Source of the DNA: a virus
Direction: 5' to 3' (one strand)
DNA: 64,000 nucleotides
IMG/VR virus record: IMGVR_UViG_3300005337_000003
Coordinates: 32,001-96,000 of that record
In this document: piece by piece, positions 49,927-57,461 of the stretch
Layout of the letters: every line of letters begins with the position of its first letter
Position numbering within the stretch: position 1 is the first letter of the stretch
Made by a program: the position numbers and the translations under genes
Notes under the pieces: generated by a model
The model's input: only the letters and a program-made list of their open reading frames with translations
Database searches by the model: none
Told to the model about the DNA's origin: nothing

Positions 49927-50627
49927 TGTTTTAGTTTTTCTATTTTAGCTTGCATCATATCACGGACTGTCGGCCATTCTTCTTTATCTTGCTCAATAAC
50001 CCAATCTATTCCCTTTATAGAATAAATAGTACTCGATCCCTCATGGAAAGATTTAAGTTTGTCATACATCACTGTGGGGAAGCCAAGTTCTCGACATATC
50101 GAATATATCCAGTTATCTCCGAACCAGACCTTGATGTTTTTAGGTATGGGGTATACGCAGTGGGCATGCTGCCTGTTTAAAAATATAGCTATTCCTGGAA
50201 ATCCTTCTGGGATCCACCTGTGCATATCAGATAAAAGATAATCTATATCGTGGAAAATTTCTTCCTTATTAACCTCTGTGGGAATAGGTACATAATTGGG
50301 GTATACCATCCAGAATTTTTGTAAAGCTCCTACAAAATCACGATGCAATATAATGTCAGAATTCAATATTCCCAAGTGCGTGTACTGCTCATTATTAATA
50401 AATTCCTCCAAGAAGAAATTCCAGGCAGGATTCACATAAATATTCTCAGGCCTATCTACAATCTTGACATTGGGTAGATCCCTGTAATTATCAAATAATA
50501 TCTGTATTTCTTGGTTGTAACCATTAGCAAATAACATCACATCCACCGGGTGGTGAACAACCGACTCTATGCATTGTCGTGTAACATGCGGATTATTAAC
50601 TATAGGGATGCACAATAGAAGTTTCAT
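49923..50627 (-). CDS. GT2-family glycosyltransferase, 234 aa
   Basis: LCIPIVN...ENIYVNPAWN...ILNSDI...WFGDNW...HEGSST. Confidence 0.8.
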   Translation of the reverse strand: MKLLLCIPIVNNPHVTRQCIESVVHHPVDVMLFANGYNQEIQILFDNYRDLPNVKIVDRPENIYVNPAWNFFLEEFINNEQYTHLGILNSDIILHRDFVGALQKFWMVYPNYVPIPTEVNKEEIFHDIDYLLSDMHRWIPEGFPGIAIFLNRQHAHCVYPIPKNIKVWFGDNWIYSICRELGFPTVMYDKLKSFHEGSSTIYSIKGIDWVIEQDKEEWPTVRDMMQAKIEKLKQ

Positions 50628-51196
50628 ATCTTATTTACGCACTCCTTAAACTCATCTACCGTAATTACAGTCATCACTGGTGTATTTTTTCGATTAGCCT
50701 CATACCAGGCCCAATCAAATTTTGACATGTCCAGATTCGAACCCACAGGCTCGTGTCTGGGGAAAATCAATCCACATCCTTGATCGGTATCGATAATGAA
50801 CATGACATCTTTACTTATCTCCTTTAATGCTGCCCATGCCTTCCAGCCATCTCCGTTGAGATAGGGATTCTGATGCTCTTCTGTTGGCGGTAAAAGATCA
50901 TGAACCATAACTATGCCTCCAGGACACACCTTGTAAGCGTTTAATATATCTTTAGCTACCTGATCCGATCCGTGCCAGCCATCTATAAAACAAATGTGAA
51001 ATTGCTCCTGGTTATGAGCAAAGAATTGATCGGACGTCATCTTATGCGTAGCTGCGCTACCAATATCGGGGTCTACGCCTACTTTGTAATCGCAGCTTAT
51101 CTGGCTGAAGCACTCTCCCCACTGTACTCCTATTTCAAGGTACTTTTTAGCTCCCAGCTTGTCAATAAATAACTGTAGTATTTCCCAACGTTTCAT
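50624..51196 (-). CDS. Class I SAM-dependent methyltransferase (Methyltransf_24-like), 190 aa
   Basis: YLEIGV, VGVDP, FIDGWH, GGIVMVHD. Confidence 0.85.
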   Translation of the reverse strand: MKRWEILQLFIDKLGAKKYLEIGVQWGECFSQISCDYKVGVDPDIGSAATHKMTSDQFFAHNQEQFHICFIDGWHGSDQVAKDILNAYKVCPGGIVMVHDLLPPTEEHQNPYLNGDGWKAWAALKEISKDVMFIIDTDQGCGLIFPRHEPVGSNLDMSKFDWAWYEANRKNTPVMTVITVDEFKECVNKI

Positions 51197-51924
51197 CGTA
51201 TTATCTCCTTATTATAGTTAGGGTGCAGTTTCAAAAAATCTGGAAGAGTGGTCTTATCGAAGGGTGTTGTGGTTTGCCAGATTTGACGTGACACAGGGTG
51301 TAGCCATTCTGCTTTCTCGTTGAGCCAATTGTCGTAAATGACTTTCCATTCGGGACGTAATTCCGAACGATGGCCTGATAGGCGCCATTTATACTCGGCT
51401 ATCTGGTCACTTTGTGCGTATGAAAAATGATAGACTGTTAGGTTGACTTCTCCCTGTCCGGAATTTCTTCGCAGATTAAAGAAGCGAATGGGCCTGAAGC
51501 CATCTGTGCAAACCTCATTAAATGAGCGCCAAAAATTGAGATAACCTGCCACGCCATAGGCTCTATAAGGACCTTCATATACTTCATCTAGTACTCTGGA
51601 TAAGGCCCCAGGATGGAAGACCTCATCTGAATCTACAGCAACTAACACGTCAAATCCGGCAGCGTGAGCAAATGCAGCATCCCGGTGTTGACCTTCAGAC
51701 CTGTAAACCGCATGATCCCACACCAACTTAGAACCCAAAACCCTGTAGGCAATATCATAGAGCTCACCCTCTGTGTCTGGACAAGGAATATCTGTACTGT
51801 ATCCCTGCGAACCTACAGGTGTGTAGAGTACTACAAACTTGTCTACTACAGCTTCTACACTTTTGAGGGAGGCCTCTAAATACTCTTTGCCGTAGAGGAT
51901 CGGCATATATCCGATTACTTTCAT
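51193..51924 (-). CDS. GT-A-like glycosyltransferase, paralogue of the 552-aa N-terminal domain, 243 aa
   Basis: MKVIGYMPILYGKEYL vs MKVLGFCAIHYGAELL; CPDTEGEL vs CPDTEAQI; VDSDE. Confidence 0.75.
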   Translation of the reverse strand: MKVIGYMPILYGKEYLEASLKSVEAVVDKFVVLYTPVGSQGYSTDIPCPDTEGELYDIAYRVLGSKLVWDHAVYRSEGQHRDAAFAHAAGFDVLVAVDSDEVFHPGALSRVLDEVYEGPYRAYGVAGYLNFWRSFNEVCTDGFRPIRFFNLRRNSGQGEVNLTVYHFSYAQSDQIAEYKWRLSGHRSELRPEWKVIYDNWLNEKAEWLHPVSRQIWQTTTPFDKTTLPDFLKLHPNYNKEIIR

Positions 51925-52526
51925 TTATATTGATTCATTACTTGTTTAACTTGTTCTGGTGTTAACCATTTATCTATCGCGTGGTAGGTCAAAGTCCCCA
52001 GGCTAAATACAGACTCTATTCCCCATCTAAGGCAAACATCTCTGGGCGCTAAATTGCCCAGGTTATGGTAGTACATTGTATTGCAAAAATACACATCCTC
52101 ATTTATATTCTTCCAGGGGTGGTTATTAATTACCTGCAGCATGACATTAGGATCTCTTAAGCTGAGGCCTCCGTTACCTCCCCGAGCCTGGAACCCCCAA
52201 GGGGCACCAACATAGGAGTATTCAAAAAAATCCTGTATACCAAATCTCAGGAACCCGCTATCGCTTTGAAAAATCAATACCCGATCATAATTTATATACT
52301 TTTCCCAAAAGGCAACAGAGGTTAACAATCGGTTGTATCCGCCTAACTCAGAAATCTCGCACTCAAAAAAAGTAGCTTCAGGAAACAAGTTAGACCATTC
52401 CCGTATCTTCGAACCTGTAGTCCATATCACCAGATCGTGATTGTAATCAATATAGTCCCTGTGACGATTAATCACAGGAACTATATCTACATTGCGTGTT
52501 TCTACGATTGTTAAACAGAGCTTCAT
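51921..52526 (-). CDS. DUF5672-like putative glycosyltransferase, 201 aa
   Basis: IFQSDS, YVGAPW, GGNGGLSLR, NEDVYF. Confidence 0.75.
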   Translation of the reverse strand: MKLCLTIVETRNVDIVPVINRHRDYIDYNHDLVIWTTGSKIREWSNLFPEATFFECEISELGGYNRLLTSVAFWEKYINYDRVLIFQSDSGFLRFGIQDFFEYSYVGAPWGFQARGGNGGLSLRDPNVMLQVINNHPWKNINEDVYFCNTMYYHNLGNLAPRDVCLRWGIESVFSLGTLTYHAIDKWLTPEQVKQVMNQYK

Positions 52527-52528
52527 TG

Positions 52529-52783
52529 TTACATCAAATTAGCTGCAGAGGTATATATTGCGGTACCGACAGTGGGTTCTACATAATCTGAAAACCCTTT
52601 AGTTCCGATGCCTCCTCCGTATTCAAATTTCATTCCGCCTCCACAGGCACCTGTAATTCCGCTACTTGCGACCCTTCCGTGGGAAGTGAATTCATCAGAA
52701 ATCACTTGGAATTTATTTAAAAGTGGAGAACTCTTGTATTTATCATCGTTATCCCTTAAACCTGCAGATAACGATGTTGCTAA
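52529..52783 (-). CDS. -1 frameshift extension (84 aa) of the 70-aa gene
   Basis: Startless ORF LATSLSAGLRDNDDKY...AIYTSAANLM, reachable by a -1 slip at C CCT TTT (52789-52783); stop lies 2 nt before the next ATG. Confidence 0.7.
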   Translation of the reverse strand, partial: LATSLSAGLRDNDDKYKSSPLLNKFQVISDEFTSHGRVASSGITGACGGGMKFEYGGGIGTKGFSDYVEPTVGTAIYTSAANLM

Positions 52784-52789
52784 AAAGGG
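52744..52789 (-). other. Programmed -1 ribosomal frameshift signal
   Basis: Slippery C-CCU-UUU, spacer UAGCAA, stem CAUCGUUAUC/GAUAACGAUG (52776-52767 with 52753-52744). Confidence 0.75.
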
Positions 52790-52992
52790 CGAACGGCCAC
52801 CTCCACCTGATCCAGCTGCTCTTTATAATTGACAGGGATATTCATGGCAGCGGCCATTGATGCGCTGTGTTGACTAACAGAAAGTATTGTACTTAATTCT
52901 ACAATTACCTTCGATTTAAGTCCTTCTTCTTTTTCCTGCTTGTCAGTAGGATGCCACAGGATCACATACTGAAATAGTTGTTGTTTTGTCAT
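52780..52992 (-). CDS. Hypothetical protein, 70 aa (154 aa with the frameshift)
   Basis: ORF ending in RPF-stop on the slippery site. Confidence 0.75.
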   Translation of the reverse strand: MTKQQLFQYVILWHPTDKQEKEEGLKSKVIVELSTILSVSQHSASMAAAMNIPVNYKEQLDQVEVAVRPF

Positions 52993-53033
52993 GTTATTGC
53001 CGGTTAAACCTGTACGCCGGAAGGTTCTATGAT

Positions 53034-53417
53034 TTAACTTCTTATTACCTGGTAAAACTTAGGACGTCTAAACCGGTAATTAGCCCCGTCCTGATAAACA
53101 ATTGTAAAGCTGAAATAGTCATTATTCTCAGTAATACAAACAACACAATTTCTTCCAGCAAGATCTATACAGGAAGCAATTGAGCCTGAATCCACATTGA
53201 TATACTTCCGAATAGTAAACGTCTGATCTAAATCATTGGCCGTGTCCTGTAGTCTAATAACAGAATACATCAATTCTACAACAACATGGGAAGATGGGTT
53301 TGGAAGTTTGACCTGGGTGTATGCGGCGCCGTTCCAATGCTCCACCTGATTATATCTGGATATTTCTACCTGGCCGCGAAGGGTCCAACTTATAAGTATT
53401 AATAGGATTATTCGCAT
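53034..53417 (-). CDS. Putative exported protein, 127 aa
   Basis: MRIILLILISWTLRG|Q signal-peptide-like start. Confidence 0.55.
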   Translation of the reverse strand: MRIILLILISWTLRGQVEISRYNQVEHWNGAAYTQVKLPNPSSHVVVELMYSVIRLQDTANDLDQTFTIRKYINVDSGSIASCIDLAGRNCVVCITENNDYFSFTIVYQDGANYRFRRPKFYQVIRS

Positions 53418-53614
53418 TCTTCTATTTGATTTATTTTCATTTCTAATTTTAAAAGCTTAAGCATCCTGGCAACCTCATGTATATAGAATTTGCCGCTTTC
53501 TAATTTCCGGTAATACGTTACCTGGTGGAAGCCTGCATATCTGGATATTCGCGGAATAGACACATTAAGTTCTTTACGCCTTGACTCTATTGTTTTTAAT
53601 ATGTCCGTGTCCAT
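53408..53614 (-). CDS. XRE-family HTH protein, 68 aa
   Basis: IESRRKELNVSIPRISRYAG...YYRKLESG. Confidence 0.7.
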   Translation of the reverse strand: MDTDILKTIESRRKELNVSIPRISRYAGFHQVTYYRKLESGKFYIHEVARMLKLLKLEMKINQIEECE

Positions 53615-54030
53615 AATTTACTCTGTAGATACTTTTCAAGGAAAATATTGTATACTCTATAGGCGTGTACCCTTTTATGGAAGTAAAAATTATAATCTGA
53701 TGCGTCGCTAATATATACCAGCACTTTCCAGATGCCTTCCATATCTGCCTTCCATAAATCCACGGATCTTATATGTGTATAACTAGACGAACATATAAAA
53801 AAGTTAATACCTTCTTTAGCGGGCAAAATTGAATCTTCCTCCAGGTCTAAAGAATCAAAATCCCCATGAAATTCGAAGTGATCATAGTGGAGATGGATCT
53901 CTAACTTTCGGCAGTTCGTAACCTCCTGCCTTTTTAATTTGACTGGTTGCAAGGTTATGATGGTAGCTACTTTAGGATCACTAGACTCCTTTATTGAGAA
54001 TTCATGTATGATTTTTTGGTTGTCTTCCAC
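53596..54030 (-). CDS. Hypothetical protein, 144 aa (GTG start)
   Basis: Preceded by an AAACCAACACACT leader. Confidence 0.55.
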   Translation of the reverse strand: MEDNQKIIHEFSIKESSDPKVATIITLQPVKLKRQEVTNCRKLEIHLHYDHFEFHGDFDSLDLEEDSILPAKEGINFFICSSSYTHIRSVDLWKADMEGIWKVLVYISDASDYNFYFHKRVHAYRVYNIFLEKYLQSKLWTRTY

Positions 54031-54136
54031 AGTGTGTTGGTTTAAAAAACATTAACACCAATGCCGAATCGGGCAAGAATATCCTTGCAGTAGTTCAGTT
54101 CATGAGTTCTTTCTTTTTGTGTGGTGGGGGATTTCA

Positions 54137-54619
54137 TTAGGGCTTAAGTATCAATTCGTAAAAGTCTTCATCGAATATATTCCTCTTGATATTCGGGTAT
54201 TTTTCTCCAACGTATTTGAGAATTAATTCCATACATTTAAATGTATTCCTTGCGTTGGTCTTGAACCCGTCAGTAATTTTGACATGAAATGTGCTTTCAA
54301 ACTCATTACATATTTCCACTTTTCCGTAAGCAGATAGCAAGTGTTTTAGTGTAGATATATTTATATCAGCTTTTTCCATATTTGACTTGTCTTCACATTG
54401 GTTCTTGTAAAACTGTTCCTCCTTGTCCCCAGTTACTTCCCCATAGAGTCTTATCCTCCAGTAAGCGATAAGCCTAATAACCTCTTTGTGTTCTTCTACA
54501 TAAACAACCTCGCACCCACACTGCATTTCCCCTTCAATTAAATAAAGGATAGCTAGTAAGCACTCAATATGCGCGAGTACTTTTGTGTTGGTGTATTTGC
54601 TTTCGGGCGTTGAACTCAT
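54137..54619 (-). CDS. Hypothetical protein, 160 aa
   Basis: Clean ORF with A-rich leader. Confidence 0.6.
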   Translation of the reverse strand: MSSTPESKYTNTKVLAHIECLLAILYLIEGEMQCGCEVVYVEEHKEVIRLIAYWRIRLYGEVTGDKEEQFYKNQCEDKSNMEKADINISTLKHLLSAYGKVEICNEFESTFHVKITDGFKTNARNTFKCMELILKYVGEKYPNIKRNIFDEDFYELILKP

Positions 54620-54628
54620 TTTTTCTTT

Positions 54629-54958
54629 TCAAGATTTTACTAACGCGTATTCCATGGCCTCATTAAAAGAACAGCCACCATTGTAATATGTAAGCACGTA
54701 ATCAATTGAGCCATCATCTTGTCTAAAAGCCTGGAAAACATCTCCGCCTTCGCCATACCGCTTATTTTCCGTTCGGTATAATACATCATTGTAAAGAATG
54801 TATTCCCGGTAGCCATCCTGTAACAGGCATTCCAGGAAATTGTTGTTGTATTCGTTCTTTACACCTTTGAGTATCCTCTTGGCATAGTCCTCATTTGTTT
54901 CACCTTCAAGAAGCTGAACTGGAATTAATTTCCCAATATTGGTTTCTGTTTCTGACAT
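54629..54958 (-). CDS. Hypothetical protein, 109 aa
   Basis: Clean ORF; YYNGGCSFNEA motif seen in other phage hypotheticals. Confidence 0.65.
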   Translation of the reverse strand: MSETETNIGKLIPVQLLEGETNEDYAKRILKGVKNEYNNNFLECLLQDGYREYILYNDVLYRTENKRYGEGGDVFQAFRQDDGSIDYVLTYYNGGCSFNEAMEYALVKS

Positions 54959-55094
54959 AGTTTTTAAGTTATTGAATAAAAAACACTAGCAGCTTCCCTA
55001 CTTAGATATTTCAGTTCAGAAATTAGCCAAATTCCTGCTGTAAACTCACCTAGGTTATTACAGCTATTTGGTTACCGCCCAGTGTAAAGGTCAA

Positions 55095-55289
55095 GGTCTT
55101 TGGCAGAGTTTGATACCTGCATGACAACCCGATATTTATTTCGCCATAGGCCTCCTCCGAAAAGGTGTGTTCAGGTCGGGAATTTCATAACTAAGCAGTC
55201 ATTCGGTGTTCCATATTAAGGCCACATTACCTAATGCTTAATCAATTATTGTCTTATTAAATTAGCGTCTATTCTTCCGCCACAAAGAC
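55095..55289 (-). ncRNA. tRNA-like RNA with a large insertion (195 nt)
   Basis: Acceptor GUCUUUG/CAAAGAC (7/7), Leu-like D arm UG-GCG-GAAGAAUAGA-CGC, T arm GCAGG-UAUCAAAC-UCUGC; about 140 nt between the D and T arms instead of about 30; no CCA. Confidence 0.6.
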
Positions 55290-55405
55290 ATTTGACCAAT
55301 ATTTCAAAAGAACGTAAGCAGCGGTGACCATTCACCGGGGGCGCCAAACGAGATCGGCTTATCCCCTACGTCCTGTATTCGCCCAGGACTGCTGCCATTT
55401 CAATT

Positions 55406-56209
55406 TTAATTCATCCGCTGATTAACAACAGTCTCGTCGGATGCCTCCGGTCCCCAGGCGGTTTCCACCAGATAATACTTCTCGCCATTATAACACACCG
55501 GATGCAGAACAATAGGATCGTCGTCAATAATCTGGTGGCCTTTCACTGCCTTACGTTCCATATTAAAATACTTAACAGGGGCAACAATTTCTCTGGAGAC
55601 TTTAATTACTTTTTCTACCCAACGCACACCATACCCCCCATGCCCTCGGTATTGTTTTTCGCAGGAGATAAAGTCCTTATATGTAATTAGTTTAGAATCA
55701 ATAATAGTCCTTCCCATACTTGTTTTCATTTCTAATGCATAACATTCATCCTCCGGATTGATCTTAAACGCTTCCATTTCCTTGAGGTTCTTTTCCGGGA
55801 TCTCACCGATAAAATCACTTACCGTTCCCAGTACCAATCCATATTTATCACATATATCCTTAACGGCATCCGCTGTAATAAATTTATATTGCGGATAAGT
55901 TCTGGAAAAGAATTCCAATGCGGTTCTTTGTTTTTCATAGAATGATAACTTTCGGTTCAACTGGAAAGCCCGTGTAACCTCCTTTGAACTTGTAAACCCT
56001 AAGGCTTCTAATCGTTTAGATTTTTCCGTGATTTCGGCGTGGCTACATTTCAAATCTGATATAGTGGATGTAGCGGCCTGGAGGACCAGACTACCTGCGC
56101 TGTTGAATTCACGATGTACCTCCTCCACCAGCTCCTGCTGGCTTTTGCCTTGGGACGCTGAGTACCTCGACTCTGTATCCGCTTTTTTGTTCCAGTTAAA
56201 TAACCTCAT
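55406..56209 (-). CDS. Hypothetical protein, ~267 aa
   Basis: ATG 56209 preferred to TTG 56236; C-terminal DDPIVL...YYLVETAWGPEASD motif. Confidence 0.65.
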   Translation of the reverse strand: MRLFNWNKKADTESRYSASQGKSQQELVEEVHREFNSAGSLVLQAATSTISDLKCSHAEITEKSKRLEALGFTSSKEVTRAFQLNRKLSFYEKQRTALEFFSRTYPQYKFITADAVKDICDKYGLVLGTVSDFIGEIPEKNLKEMEAFKINPEDECYALEMKTSMGRTIIDSKLITYKDFISCEKQYRGHGGYGVRWVEKVIKVSREIVAPVKYFNMERKAVKGHQIIDDDPIVLHPVCYNGEKYYLVETAWGPEASDETVVNQRMN

Positions 56210-56241
56210 GACACAAATATAAGCACAGAATTGCAAATATG

Positions 56242-56277
56242 CAAATTTATTTTGTGGTAATTTTTTTATTATATTTG
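56242..56277. promoter_or_regulatory. Back-to-back Bacteroidota -7 elements
   Basis: TAAATTTG on minus (56249-56242) and TATATTTG on plus (56270-56277). Confidence 0.55.
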
Positions 56278-56300
56278 ATCAAACCAAAACACAAAAATAA

Positions 56301-56456
56301 ATGGCAAAACATCCTGGCTTCAAAGCCGTACAAAACAAGATCGCCAGCAAGGAAGGTATCAGCAAGAAAGCAGCTGGTGCGATCCTGGCAACATCCACCC
56401 GCAAGGCTAGTCCGGCGGCAAAGAAAAAGAATCCTAACCTGAAAAAGGTTAAGTGA
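56301..56456 (+). CDS. Small highly basic protein, 51 aa (not in track)
   Basis: MAKHPGFKAVQNKIASKEGISKKAAGAILATSTRKASPAAKKKNPNLKKVK; own -7 box, A/C-rich leader and terminator. Confidence 0.75.
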   Translation: MAKHPGFKAVQNKIASKEGISKKAAGAILATSTRKASPAAKKKNPNLKKVK

Positions 56457-56474
56457 TCAATCACTAAAAAAAGA

Positions 56475-56499
56475 AAGGCCCAGCGATAAACTGGGCCTT
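56475..56499. terminator. Bidirectional terminator between convergent genes
   Basis: AAGGCCCAG/CTGGGCCTT 9-bp stem. Confidence 0.75.
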
Positions 56500-56520
56500 A
56501 ATTATTTAAGAATACCTATG

Positions 56521-56736
56521 CTACTCTAGGTGGCAATCACTAATGCTGTAGTCTGCATTTCCCGGATCATTCCGGGACTCACACTTGGTCTTCGCATCGG
56601 ACTTGGTGGACTCCGAAATAATGGAGCCTGATGAGTTTGCCCTGCCATAGGTAGTTACGGTACAGCGGCAAGTGTAATCCTTCTTGCAGCCAAATGCGAT
56701 CACTATGAGCGCAAACATTAAAACTGATTTCTTCAT
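56521..56736 (-). CDS. Small lipoprotein, 71 aa
   Basis: MKKSVLMFALIVIAFG|CKKDYTCRC: lipobox plus the KKD/E start typical of Bacteroidota surface lipoproteins; four further Cys. Confidence 0.75.
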   Translation of the reverse strand: MKKSVLMFALIVIAFGCKKDYTCRCTVTTYGRANSSGSIISESTKSDAKTKCESRNDPGNADYSISDCHLE

Positions 56737-56795
56737 GGTTATTGTTTTTTTATAGTTCCATGTTGCAAATATGCAAAAAGAGATCCAGATAAACA

Positions 56796-56876
56796 AATAA
56801 AAAACCCGGCACTGGTTTGTGCCGGGCGCCCGCCTAACAGAAGGAGATGCTGACGGGAGGTTATCTTAACAAGAGA
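56796..56876 (-). ncRNA. Candidate ~80-nt sRNA
   Basis: Promoter TTTG (56913-10), 20-nt spacer, TATATTTG (56889-82); no ATG; hairpin 56829-56857 with loop UCUCCUUC; terminator CCCGGCAC/GUGCCGGG plus U run. Confidence 0.55.
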
Positions 56877-56953
56877 TGCCTCAAATATATAAACAATAAT
56901 CCAGGTATACAAACACCGGCAATTAATTCTCCGAAGTTATGTCGGAAGATGGT

Positions 56954-57190
56954 TTAGTATTTACGCATGGGCGCACTGTCCTCCTGGAGGACCTTGAATA
57001 GCCGGCTCATGATATCGTCCATGTCTGATACTGATGGCATGGGATACCGGGACTGCAGCTTCAGGAGCCTCTCTGGCTCCTCACCTGACAGGTGATTATT
57101 GACTTTGATTGCTATGAAGAACCGGTTCAGCTCGTCCATGAGAGCCTGGTTCTTATAAATCCGTAATTCTTTTCGTGATCTTCTTTCCAT
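56954..57190 (-). CDS. Hypothetical protein, 78 aa
   Basis: Last minus-strand gene before the strand switch. Confidence 0.5.
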   Translation of the reverse strand: MERRSRKELRIYKNQALMDELNRFFIAIKVNNHLSGEEPERLLKLQSRYPMPSVSDMDDIMSRLFKVLQEDSAPMRKY

Positions 57191-57305
57191 ACCTGTTATT
57201 ATGCAAACAGGTTACACTGATCCGGGATAACCTCCAGATGGTTTAAAGGGAGATTTCCTATCCTCAAAAGGGAAGGAGGACTGTAAAATCCCTCCTTTAA
57301 AAACC

Positions 57306-57461
57306 ATGACAAAGTATGTCGTAAAGAACGGACAGTGCTATAAGCTACTGTTCAGGAAAACCGTTCGCCACTACCTGACCAAGAGGTTAATAACCTCAAG
57401 GAAAGGGAAGGTGATGGTCGTACCTGTCCAGGTAGACTGTTCCTTCTGTGGTTGCTGTTAA
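57306..57461 (+). CDS. Small basic protein with Cys-rich tail, 51 aa (not in track)
   Basis: MTKYVVKNGQCYKLLFRKTVRHYLTKRLITSRKGKVMVVPVQVDCSFCGCC; TTAAAAACC leader. Confidence 0.45.
   Translation: MTKYVVKNGQCYKLLFRKTVRHYLTKRLITSRKGKVMVVPVQVDCSFCGCC

Noticed and set aside
220-52832. Numerous plus-strand and off-frame ORFs of 60-160 aa in the track
   Set aside because: Antisense or overlapping shadows of long minus-strand genes, with no leaders and low-complexity translations (e.g. the Pro-rich mirrors of the Gly-rich gene at 44208-44654).
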